Assembly: GCA_046598045.1 (NCBI GenBank)
Contig: JBKJJJ010000081.1
Span: forward strand, 1-49,238
From: Candidatus Eiseniibacteriota bacterium
Lineage (GTDB): Bacteria; Eisenbacteria; RBG-16-71-46; DASYSL01
Length of the DNA: 49,238 nucleotides
Direction: 5' to 3'
Below the pieces are notes generated by a model. The model searched no databases, had not been told where the DNA came from, and saw only the letters and a list, made by a program, of their open reading frames with translations. Positions within the stretch are counted from its first letter, which is position 1, and every line of letters begins with the position of its first letter. Shown here piece after piece: positions 8,123 through 16,873 of the stretch. Position numbers and translations under genes: made by a program.

Positions 8123-9757
8123 ATGCCACGACTCAAGGACGTGTCGCGCATCGCCTGTGCGGTCGTGCTCGCGATTGCCCTGTCCGGTTGCTCCGGCAGG
8201 GCGGACGACGGCAAGGCCCACCCCGGCGGCACGCTCACGATTGCGCAACGGGACTCGCTCGCCACGCTCGACCCCGCATTCGCCTGGGACCCCGAGGCCA
8301 CGCCCTACCTCGATCTCGTGTTCGAGGGCCTGGTCGCATTCGACGACTCCGGCCGCGTGCGGCCTGCGTGCGCGCAGTCGTTCACGATCAGTCCCGATGG
8401 GCGCACGTATCGCTTCGCGCTTCGGCCCGGGCTGCGCTACGCGGACGGATCGGCGATCGTGGCGCAGGATTTCGTGCACGGCCTCGCGCGGCTGTTCCGG
8501 CCGGGCGCGCTGCGCTCGCCGGGGGCGCCGCAGTTCGTCGCGCTCGAAGGCGCGCTCGACCAGGGGACGCGCATGCCGCCGCCGCTCGGCGCTTCGGCGC
8601 CCGACCCGGCGACCGTCGTGCTGCGCCTGGCGTGGCGGGACTCGTTCCTGCTCGAGAAACTCGCCCAGCCACGCTACGCGATCCCCGTGCCCGAAAGCGC
8701 GGACGCGCGTCTCGGAGCATCCTACGGCGCGTTTCCCGCGACCAACGGCCCCTATGCGACGGTGCGTGTCGGTCGCGACACGTTGTTGTTCGTGCGCAAC
8801 CGGCACTATGACCCCGGTCTGGCGGAGGCCTCTGCGGCCGAGGCTGCGCGGGGTTACGCGGACACGATTCGCGTGCTCTCCCATCGCACCGCTCGGCAGA
8901 CGCTGCTCGGCCTCGAGAACGGACGGGTCGAGCTCGCCTGCCCGCCGCCGCTCGAGTACGGCGAGCGCCTCGGGCGCACCGCCGCGCTGGCGCGCGTGAC
9001 CGGGTCGACCGACCCGCCCGTGCGCTGGATCCTCGCGCTCAATGCCGAGCTCGCCCCGCTCGCCCGGCGCGACGTGCGGCAGGCGGTGGCGTGGGGCGTG
9101 AACCGTCAGCGCCTGGTCGAGGAGTTCGGCGCCTACACCAGTCCTGAGCGCGGCTTCGCGCGCGGCGAAGCGGGCGGGGGACAGGCTCCGGGCTACGATC
9201 CGGCCCGCGCGCGCCAGTTCCTCGAGGCGGCGAAGCGGTACACGGGCGCCCGGGTGGCGGTCACGGTTCCGCGCGCCAGCGCGTTCGCCGAGGGGCTCGA
9301 GGCGCTCACCCCTGGTCTCGCCCGCGCCTCGATCCAGGTCGATGGCGTGCCGGTGGCCCGATCGGACTGGGCCCGGGCCGCCCTGGCCCGGCGGGGCGCG
9401 CTGGCGATCCTCCTGCCCTGGCAGGCCCCGTGCGCGGACGACCTCGAGGGCCTGTCCGCCATGTTGCTCAACCGCGGGCTGCGCTCGGGCTGGGCCGGGA
9501 ATTTGGCGTGGTACCACCCGGATTCGGGCCTGGATTCCCTGCTGCTCCACGGGCTGGAGGAGAGCGACCCGGTGGCCCGCCAGGCGATCGCCGAGCAGGT
9601 GGGGACGCTCCTCGAGTCCGACGCGCCGTTGGTGCCGCTCGCGCGCATCGAGGAAATCGCGATCCTGAGGGCTCCGTGGGTGGGGGCTCGTTTCCATGTT
9701 CGGCGGGGCCTGGACCTGCGCCGGATCCATCGCGGGGGCGGGGCCCCAACTTCTTGA
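8123..9757 (+). CDS. ABC transporter substrate-binding lipoprotein, family 5 (peptide/nickel type)
   Basis: Lipobox LSGC; 'GGTLTI...TLDP...VFEGLV...SPDGRTYRFALRPGLRYADG' signature. Confidence 0.85.
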   Translation: MPRLKDVSRIACAVVLAIALSGCSGRADDGKAHPGGTLTIAQRDSLATLDPAFAWDPEATPYLDLVFEGLVAFDDSGRVRPACAQSFTISPDGRTYRFALRPGLRYADGSAIVAQDFVHGLARLFRPGALRSPGAPQFVALEGALDQGTRMPPPLGASAPDPATVVLRLAWRDSFLLEKLAQPRYAIPVPESADARLGASYGAFPATNGPYATVRVGRDTLLFVRNRHYDPGLAEASAAEAARGYADTIRVLSHRTARQTLLGLENGRVELACPPPLEYGERLGRTAALARVTGSTDPPVRWILALNAELAPLARRDVRQAVAWGVNRQRLVEEFGAYTSPERGFARGEAGGGQAPGYDPARARQFLEAAKRYTGARVAVTVPRASAFAEGLEALTPGLARASIQVDGVPVARSDWARAALARRGALAILLPWQAPCADDLEGLSAMLLNRGLRSGWAGNLAWYHPDSGLDSLLLHGLEESDPVARQAIAEQVGTLLESDAPLVPLARIEEIAILRAPWVGARFHVRRGLDLRRIHRGGGAPTS

Positions 9758-9782
9758 CAATAAATCGTTAAGCAGATATTGT
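9754..9782 (+). promoter_or_regulatory. sigma70-type promoter of the C25 peptidase gene
   Basis: TTGACA(9754-59)-N17-TATTGT(9777-82) in a locally AT-rich patch; the -35 box overlaps the upstream stop codon. Confidence 0.6.
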
Positions 9783-9931
9783 TTTGGGGATTGCTTGCCC
9801 GGCAGCATTGGCGAAACGAGCCCTCCGTTTCGTCTGCCGTCCCGATCCTCCCTGCCGTCGGGATCGGCCCGTATCCGAGTTCTGCTCGATCGCGTCCATT
9901 GGTTCCACCGTGAAGTCCGCAGGAGATCCCG

Positions 9932-12900
9932 ATGCCATCCCTTCGATCGCCCATCATGCCGCGGATCGACCTTCACGCCGTCGCGCTCGCCGTCGCCGTC
10001 TGCGTCGCGTTCGCACCGGGCTCCGCCCGCGGCGATGTCGTCAAGAGCTTCGAGTTCTCGCCCTCGTTCGTGGTCGTGAACCAAACCGCGGCCGGCGTCG
10101 TGGTGGCGTTAGAGGGTGCCGTTCCGGACGGGGCTCCCGGCGCACCGGAGTTGCCGGTCGTGCCCGTGTTCGTCGAACTCGCGGCCGGGCTGCGGGCGCG
10201 CTCGGCGACGATCGAGGCCAGCGGATGGACGACGCTCGGGACAGCCCCGGGCCACTTGCGCACGGCGCAGGCGATCGTCCCGGGATTTCCACGTCTCGGC
10301 AGCGATGAGGATCCCGCGATCTACGGTTCCAAGGAATGGTTCCCCGCGCGCGCCGGCACGCTCGGCTCCACCGGCATCATGCGCGGGCGCCCGCTCGCGA
10401 CGCTCGCACTCCACCCGGTGCGCGTGCGGCCTTCGACCGGAGAACTCGAGATCGCCACCCGCATCGAAGTGCGCGTCGTGACCGAATCCGATCCGAACGC
10501 GGAACTCTCGGTGCGCCGCCGCGTCGTTCCCGAGTGGGAAGCGCAGTTCGATGTCTCCGCCGGCGCGTTCGGCCGCGGCCTCGATCACCTGGCTCCGGAG
10601 AGCTTTGCCGGGGCTCGCATCGAGTCCGGGGCCGGCGTGCGGACGCAGGGCGCAGGCGGCGGGTTCGCCCCGACGTCCGTGCCGAGCGTCGAGGGCAGCC
10701 CGGTCGAATACCTGATCATCACCAACGCCGCGATGTCGGCGCAGTTGCAGCGCCTCGCCGACTGGCGCACGCGCACCGGCGTGCCCACGATCGTGCGCAC
10801 GGTCGAGTTCATCCAGGCGAACTACCCCTACGGCGTGGACCTGCAGGACCGCATCCGCCGCTTCATCAAGGACGCCTACCTGCAGTGGGGCACGACCCAC
10901 GTCCTGCTCGGCGGCGACACCGACGTCATCCCGCCGCGCTACGGCTACACGACGTTCTTCTCGGGCAACTACATCCCGACGGACCTGTACTACTCCGACG
11001 TCGACGGGAACTGGAACGCCGACGGCGATTCCCTCTTCGGCGAGGCGTTCCAGGACTCCGGCAACCTGGGCGACGGCGTCAATCTCATCCCCGACGTGTT
11101 CGTCGGCCGCGCGCCGATCACCTCGGTCACGCAGGCGCAGACGTTCGTCGACAAGACCCTGCAGTACAGCCGCACCCCGCTCGGGGACTATGAGAACAAG
11201 GGCATTTTCGCGGCCGAGGTCCTGTTCCCGCAGGACTGGTTCCCGGGTTACTCGATCTCGCTCGACGGCGCCTCGGACGCGGAGTCGGCGATCCGCAAGC
11301 TGGCGCCCGGGATGCAGGCTCGCCGCATGTACGAGAACTACACGGCATACGACACGGTCGGCGCCGTCAGGCTCACGCGCGCGGCGCTGATCGACAGCCT
11401 GAACAAGGGCTGGGGTCTGATGCACCACGTCGGCCACGGTTATCGCAACTCGATGTCGGTAGGGGACGGGCCGCTCACCAACCCGGATGCCGACGCGTTG
11501 ACCAACGGCAACCGGACCTGGCTGTTGTACTCGATCAACTGCACCTCGAACGCGATCGACTTCGCGTCGCTCGGCGAGGCGTTCCTGGTCAACTCCCACG
11601 GCGGCGCCGTGGCGAACGTCGGCTCGACGCGCGAGGACTTCCCGGTCACCGGGCGATCCTACCAGGACGAGTTCTACAAGCTCGTATTCCAGAACAAGGT
11701 GGCGACGCTGGGCCAGGCGTTCGCGCAGCAGAAGGTGCCGTTCACCGGGCTCGCATTCTACGACAACACGCATCGCTGGACGCAATACACGCTCAACTTG
11801 CTGGGCGATCCCGAACTGCCCATCTGGTGGCGCAAGCCGCTCACCATGAGTGTGACCTATCCCGCGACGATTCCGCTCTCGGACACCACCATCACGGTGC
11901 ACGTGCAGGATGGCGGAAGCGCGCTTGAGGGCGCCCGCGTGTGCCTGCTCAAGAGCGGGGAGGAATACGAAGTCCAGCTCACCGATGCGGCGGGGGACGC
12001 GCTGCTGCACGTGCGCCCGGAGAGCACCGGCTCGGCCTACGTGACCGTGACCGACGGCGGCGGCTATCGCCCGTTCGAGGGCACGATGACGTTCGGTGCG
12101 CCGGTTGGGGCGGTGCTGGTCTCGCGCGCCGCGGACCGCACGATCGACGACGACATCTTCGGCGGCACGCTGGGCGGCAATGATGGACTCGCGGATGCGG
12201 GCGAGACGATCGATTGGCGCCTGCCCCTCAAGAATGGCGGCGGCGTCCCGGCCCCGTCGGTGACCACGACGCTCTCCACGACCGATCCGCGCGCCACGAT
12301 CCAGACGGCGAGCGGGACCTACGGCACGGTGAACGCCGGCGCGACCGCGCCGGGCCCCGCCTACCGCATCGTGATCGACGAGGATACGCCGGACGGGACC
12401 GAGATCGCGTTCCAGCTCGACATCTTCTCGGGGAGCCTGCACTGGGTGGACAATTTCCGGCTGCCGGTGAAGTCGCCGAACCTCGTGCACGTCGCGAACC
12501 TGATCACCGATAACGGCACGAATGGCACGAGCGGCAACAACAATGGTCGACTCGACGTCGGCGAGGCCGTTGACTACCAGATCACGTTGCGCAACACCAC
12601 GAGCGGGATCGCGAAGAACCTCGTTGCGACGATCACGACCTCGTCGCCGGGCATCACGATCCCGGTCAACACGTCCAGCTTCGGGGACGTCGCGCCCGGT
12701 GCGAACGCGACCGGCACGCCATTCCGCATCGTGAGCAGCACGGGCGTCAATCCGTCCCTGCAACTGTCGATCATCGACGGCTTCGGCGTGCGCTATACGC
12801 GCACACTCGACCTGCTCCAGCCGGTCGGGGTCACGGGCCTGGTCGGCGCCGGGGCGGCGACCTCGATCACGATGGTGTGGAAGAAGACCTTGAGCGCCGA

Positions 12901-15040
12901 TGCGGCCGGCTACAATGTCTACCGCGCTTCGTCGCAGGTGGGTCCGTTCACCAGGGTGAATCTCACGCCGACCGACCGCACGGCGTACTACGTCGACGCG
13001 GGGCTCCCGCCGCTGACGCGCTTCTACTACCAGATCTCGGTCGTGGACTCCTCGGGCAACGAATCGAGCAGGTCGGCGGTGGCCTCGGCCTCGACCAACC
13101 CGCCGCTGCACGCGAACTATCCGCTGACCACCGAGCGCAGCATGCCCTCGTCGCTGGTGATCGGGAACATCGACAACTCGAATGACTCGTCGTACGAGAT
13201 CGTCGCGGGCTCGAACGTGATCTACGCCTGGCATGCGGACGGAACCCCCGTGCGCGACGCGGACGGCACCGAGCGCACCTCCGGCGACTTCACCACCGAG
13301 GGCTCGTACTATGCGGGCGGCGTCACCATCGCCGACCTCGACCTCAACGGCACCTGGGAGTTGATCGCGCCCGATTGGGACACCAAGACCCTGCATGTGT
13401 TCGAGGCCAACGGCGATGATTTCCCGGGCTTCCCCGTGTTCCTGGGCGAGATCGTGTGGTCCTCCGCCGCGGTCGGGAACATCGACTCCGATCCCCAGCC
13501 GGAGATCGTGTTCGGCTCGCGCGGGCCCAAGCTCTTCGCGTTCAACTGGGACGGCACGCAGGTCATGGACGGGGACTCGAACCCGGCGACCAACGGCGTG
13601 TTCAAGGCACTGCCGCAGCCCTACAACGACTCGAGCCCCGCGCTCGCCGATCTCGACGGCGACGGCAAGCTCGACATCATCTATGCCGGCTTCGACGGCA
13701 TGCTCAACGCCTGGCGCGGAGACGGGACCGCACTGCCCGGGTGGCCGCAGAACATGTTCGCGGGCACGACCGGCTCCCCCGCGGTCGGCGATATCGACAA
13801 CGACGGTATCCTCGAGATCGCGATCACGGCCAACAACAACAAGCTTCTCGTGTACAAGGCGAACGGCACGTTCCAGCCGGGATTCCCGGTGACCAACGTG
13901 CAGGCTGACGGTGTCTCGAAGTACCCCTCGCCGACCCTCGCCGACATGGAAGGCCTCGGCCAGAAGGACATCGTGATCAACACCACGGACGGCTACGTGA
14001 AGGTGTTCCGGCCGAACGGCACGCTGATCAGTCAGTGGTCGAACGTGCGCTACTCGTACGCCGCCAAGGCGTCGGAGAGCTCGCCGATCGTCGCCGACAT
14101 CGACGGCGACGGCCAGAACGAGGTGCTGGTCGGTGGCGAGGACGCGAACCTCTACGCGTTCGACAACGACGGCTCGCTGATGGCGGGCTTCCCGATCAAG
14201 CTCAACGGCGAGGTGCGCGGCACGCCGCTGGTGTGGGACGTCGACCAGGACGGGTTGACGGAGATCCTGGTCTCGTGTTGGGACAAGAACGTGTACATGT
14301 GGGACTACCCGGGCGCGTTCTCGCCGAATGGCGCCCCGGCATGGGCGATGTGGCGCCATGACCAGTTCCGGCAGGGGCGCCTCGGCGCGCCGATCGTGGT
14401 CGGCACGAACACCGTGGCGTTCTCGTCCAAGGACGACGCGCAGGCGGGGCTTGGTCTCACGTTCGCGCTGCCCCCGACGCCCGAAGCCGCGGGCCGGTTC
14501 GATCTCTATCGCGCGGCCGGCAACGGTGCCGTGGGCTCGATCGCCACATCCCTGCCTTCGGAGTTCACGCGCATCAACACGGAGTCGTTCACGGTCAAGC
14601 CGGGCGACCTCGTCTCCTACACCGACGGCTCGGCGCTGCCGGGCGAAGTCTACCGCTACATGCTGGTGCGCCGGGCCGAGCTGCCGGGCGACGCGTTTGT
14701 GGGTTACGGGCCGTTCGCAGCGATGGCATCGGCCGAGGCGCCGAGGCTCGCGTTCGTCACGCAGAACTTCCCGAACCCGTCGAGCAACGGCCGCACTTCG
14801 ATCGCCTACGGCGTGCCCGAGAGCGCCGGTCCGACGGTCCATACCACGCTGCGCTTCTTCGACGTCCGCGGACGCGCGGTGCGCACGCTGGTGGACCAGG
14901 TCGTGCCTCCCGGTCGCTACCAGGTGACCTGGGACGGCAAGGACGATGGCGGTGTGCGCGTGGGCTCCGGCGTCTACTTCTACGAATACGTCGCAGGGCC
15001 GGCCCGCTTGCGCAAGAAGGCGCTCCTGATCGCGCCCTAG
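9932..15040 (+). CDS. Secreted C25 (gingipain-like) cysteine peptidase with propeptide, Ig-like repeats, FN3, FG-GAP repeats and C-terminal FlgD-Ig domain
   Basis: Signal peptide; 'EYLIIT', 'VLLGGD', 'PTDLYYSD', 'VFVGR', catalytic 'GHG' and 'INC', 'NLLGDP'; multiple D(L/I)DxDG repeats; tail 'QNFPNP...FDVRGRAVRTL...WDGKDDGG.RVGSGVYF'. AGGAG precedes the ATG. Confidence 0.88.
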   Translation: MPSLRSPIMPRIDLHAVALAVAVCVAFAPGSARGDVVKSFEFSPSFVVVNQTAAGVVVALEGAVPDGAPGAPELPVVPVFVELAAGLRARSATIEASGWTTLGTAPGHLRTAQAIVPGFPRLGSDEDPAIYGSKEWFPARAGTLGSTGIMRGRPLATLALHPVRVRPSTGELEIATRIEVRVVTESDPNAELSVRRRVVPEWEAQFDVSAGAFGRGLDHLAPESFAGARIESGAGVRTQGAGGGFAPTSVPSVEGSPVEYLIITNAAMSAQLQRLADWRTRTGVPTIVRTVEFIQANYPYGVDLQDRIRRFIKDAYLQWGTTHVLLGGDTDVIPPRYGYTTFFSGNYIPTDLYYSDVDGNWNADGDSLFGEAFQDSGNLGDGVNLIPDVFVGRAPITSVTQAQTFVDKTLQYSRTPLGDYENKGIFAAEVLFPQDWFPGYSISLDGASDAESAIRKLAPGMQARRMYENYTAYDTVGAVRLTRAALIDSLNKGWGLMHHVGHGYRNSMSVGDGPLTNPDADALTNGNRTWLLYSINCTSNAIDFASLGEAFLVNSHGGAVANVGSTREDFPVTGRSYQDEFYKLVFQNKVATLGQAFAQQKVPFTGLAFYDNTHRWTQYTLNLLGDPELPIWWRKPLTMSVTYPATIPLSDTTITVHVQDGGSALEGARVCLLKSGEEYEVQLTDAAGDALLHVRPESTGSAYVTVTDGGGYRPFEGTMTFGAPVGAVLVSRAADRTIDDDIFGGTLGGNDGLADAGETIDWRLPLKNGGGVPAPSVTTTLSTTDPRATIQTASGTYGTVNAGATAPGPAYRIVIDEDTPDGTEIAFQLDIFSGSLHWVDNFRLPVKSPNLVHVANLITDNGTNGTSGNNNGRLDVGEAVDYQITLRNTTSGIAKNLVATITTSSPGITIPVNTSSFGDVAPGANATGTPFRIVSSTGVNPSLQLSIIDGFGVRYTRTLDLLQPVGVTGLVGAGAATSITMVWKKTLSADAAGYNVYRASSQVGPFTRVNLTPTDRTAYYVDAGLPPLTRFYYQISVVDSSGNESSRSAVASASTNPPLHANYPLTTERSMPSSLVIGNIDNSNDSSYEIVAGSNVIYAWHADGTPVRDADGTERTSGDFTTEGSYYAGGVTIADLDLNGTWELIAPDWDTKTLHVFEANGDDFPGFPVFLGEIVWSSAAVGNIDSDPQPEIVFGSRGPKLFAFNWDGTQVMDGDSNPATNGVFKALPQPYNDSSPALADLDGDGKLDIIYAGFDGMLNAWRGDGTALPGWPQNMFAGTTGSPAVGDIDNDGILEIAITANNNKLLVYKANGTFQPGFPVTNVQADGVSKYPSPTLADMEGLGQKDIVINTTDGYVKVFRPNGTLISQWSNVRYSYAAKASESSPIVADIDGDGQNEVLVGGEDANLYAFDNDGSLMAGFPIKLNGEVRGTPLVWDVDQDGLTEILVSCWDKNVYMWDYPGAFSPNGAPAWAMWRHDQFRQGRLGAPIVVGTNTVAFSSKDDAQAGLGLTFALPPTPEAAGRFDLYRAAGNGAVGSIATSLPSEFTRINTESFTVKPGDLVSYTDGSALPGEVYRYMLVRRAELPGDAFVGYGPFAAMASAEAPRLAFVTQNFPNPSSNGRTSIAYGVPESAGPTVHTTLRFFDVRGRAVRTLVDQVVPPGRYQVTWDGKDDGGVRVGSGVYFYEYVAGPARLRKKALLIAP

Positions 15041-15068
15041 GACCGGTGTCCCGAGCACGGAGGCACGC

Positions 15069-16580
15069 TTGACCGAAGTCGCACCAGGGCCGGTCCGAGT
15101 TCGATTCGCTCCCAGCCCGACGGGCTCCCTCCACATCGGGGGAGCCCGCACGGCGCTCTTCAACTGGCTGTTCGCCCGCCACCATGGCGGCACGTTCCTC
15201 CTGCGCAGCGAAGACACCGACCTCGTGCGCTCGACCCGCGCCGCCGAGGCGCAGGTGATCGCCGATCTCGCCTGGCTCGGCCTCGACTGGGCCGAGGGCC
15301 CGGATGTCGGCGGCCCGTACGGGCCGTACCGCCAGAGCGAGCGCATCGAGCTCTACCGGAAGGACGCCGAGCGCCTGCTCGCCGCGGGCAAGGCGTTCTA
15401 CTGCTACTGCACCGACGAAGAGCTCGAGGCGCACCGAAAGGCCCAGCAGAAGGCGGGCCAGCCGCCGCATTATGCCGGGACCTGCCGGGATCTCACGGAG
15501 GCCGAGCGCGCCGAGCGCCGCACCGCGGGCAAGGGGGAGGCGATCCGCTTCCGCGTGCCGGGCACGCCGGTGACGTTTCACGACCATGTGCGCAAGGACG
15601 TCACGTTCCCGGGCGACCAGGTCGGCGACTTCGTGATCCTGCGTGCGAACGGCCTGCCGACGTACAACTTCGCGTGCGCGGTGGACGACGCGGGCATGAA
15701 GATCTCGCACGTCCTGCGCGCCGAGGAGCACCTCTCGAACACGCCGCGCCAGGTCATGCTCTACGAGGCGCTCGGCTACGCCATCCCCGAGTTCGCCCAC
15801 ATGTCGCTGATCCTGAACCCGGACCGGACCAAGATGTCCAAGCGCAGCGGCGAGGACGCGACGTTCGTCTCCGACTTCAAGGCCCGCGGCTACCTGCCCG
15901 AGGCGCTGATCAACTTCCTGGTGCTGCTCGGTTGGTCGTGGGACGGGGAGCAGGAGATCTTCACCGTGCCCGAGTTGATCGAGAAGTTCTCGCTCGAGCG
16001 CGTGAACAACACGGGCGCCATCTTCGACAAGGACAAGCTGGAGTGGATGAACGGCCAGTACCTCAAGGCCATGCCGCTCGCGGAGCGCGTCGCGCGTGTC
16101 CGCGCCTACCTGAAGGAGATCGGGCGGGAGCCGTCGGCCGACGTGGTGGGGGACGTGCCGGCGTTCCTCGCGCTCGCGGTCGAGGCCGTGGGCGAGCGCC
16201 TGAAGACCCTGGCCGACGTCGAGGGCTACGCAGGCTTCGCGTTCAAGGACCCGGTCGAGATCGCGGACGACGCGCGCGCCGAGTTCGCGCGCCGGCCCGA
16301 GGGCGACCATCGCCTGCTCGAGTTGGCAAGGGCCATCGAGTCCGTCGAACCGTTCGAACTCGAGCCGCTCGAGGCCGCGGTGCGCGCGCTGGCCGAGCGC
16401 ATGGGAGTCAAAGCGGGGGACCTGTTCTTTCCGGCGCGGGTGGCGCTCACGGGGCGCAAGGTGGCGCCGGGAATCTTCGAGGTGATGCGCCTGCTCGGCA
16501 AGCGCCGCACGCTCGAGCGGTTGCGCTCGGCCGCCGGGCTGTGGGCCACCGACCACTCGGCGCTGCGGCAGTCCTCCTAG
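15069..16580 (+). CDS. gltX: Glutamate--tRNA ligase
   Basis: RVRFAPSPTGSLHIGG, EDTD, YRQSER, CYC, PTYNFA, KMSKR. Confidence 0.97.
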   Translation: MTEVAPGPVRVRFAPSPTGSLHIGGARTALFNWLFARHHGGTFLLRSEDTDLVRSTRAAEAQVIADLAWLGLDWAEGPDVGGPYGPYRQSERIELYRKDAERLLAAGKAFYCYCTDEELEAHRKAQQKAGQPPHYAGTCRDLTEAERAERRTAGKGEAIRFRVPGTPVTFHDHVRKDVTFPGDQVGDFVILRANGLPTYNFACAVDDAGMKISHVLRAEEHLSNTPRQVMLYEALGYAIPEFAHMSLILNPDRTKMSKRSGEDATFVSDFKARGYLPEALINFLVLLGWSWDGEQEIFTVPELIEKFSLERVNNTGAIFDKDKLEWMNGQYLKAMPLAERVARVRAYLKEIGREPSADVVGDVPAFLALAVEAVGERLKTLADVEGYAGFAFKDPVEIADDARAEFARRPEGDHRLLELARAIESVEPFELEPLEAAVRALAERMGVKAGDLFFPARVALTGRKVAPGIFEVMRLLGKRRTLERLRSAAGLWATDHSALRQSS

Positions 16581-16595
16581 GGTCGTGCCGCGCGG

Positions 16596-16624
16596 TTGAC
16601 ACCGCCCGCTCCGCTCCGTAGACT
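16596..16624 (+). promoter_or_regulatory. sigma70 promoter of tRNA-Gln
   Basis: TTGACA(16596-601)-N17-TAGACT(16619-24). Confidence 0.75.
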
Positions 16625-16694
16625 GCGCTCACATCGACGGCCGGTTCGCGTTGCGGACCGGCCGCCCAAGTGATTGCGCGACAACTGAATATGC

Positions 16695-16768
16695 TGCCCG
16701 GTGGTGTAACGGTAGCACGACTGGCTCTGGACCAGTTAGTCGAGGTTCGAATCCTTGCCGGGCAGCCA
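16695..16768 (+). tRNA. tRNA-Gln (anticodon CTG)
   Basis: Acceptor TGCCCGG/CCGGGCA, anticodon arm ACTGG-CTCTGGA-CCAGT, T loop GTTCGAATC, encoded CCA. Confidence 0.97.
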
Positions 16769-16774
16769 ACCTAC

Positions 16775-16812
16775 GCGCCTCCTCCGCCACGGGCGGGGGG
16801 GGTGTTGTCTTT
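16775..16812 (+). terminator. Putative intrinsic terminator after tRNA-Gln
   Basis: GC hairpin gcgcctcctccgcc-acg-ggcgggggggtgt followed by tgtcttt. Confidence 0.55.
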
Positions 16813-16873
16813 GCCCGGAGGCGGGCGCTAGACTCGCCGGGTCTCCCCCAACGCCATCTCGAGGATCGATCCC

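Noticed and set aside
9783..9931. c-di-GMP-I riboswitch in the C25 leader
   Set aside because: The GCAAA/GAAA tetraloop-receptor layout is not present. Kept only as an unassigned structured leader.
10109..15346. 1745-aa antisense ORF, and similarly 710-3175, 5278-8811, 6278-10084, 37836-40838 and most of 37354-40155
   Set aside because: These are shadow frames of real genes in high-GC DNA with no recognisable motifs. Only the short tails at 710-814 and 37354-37776 appear to be real genes.
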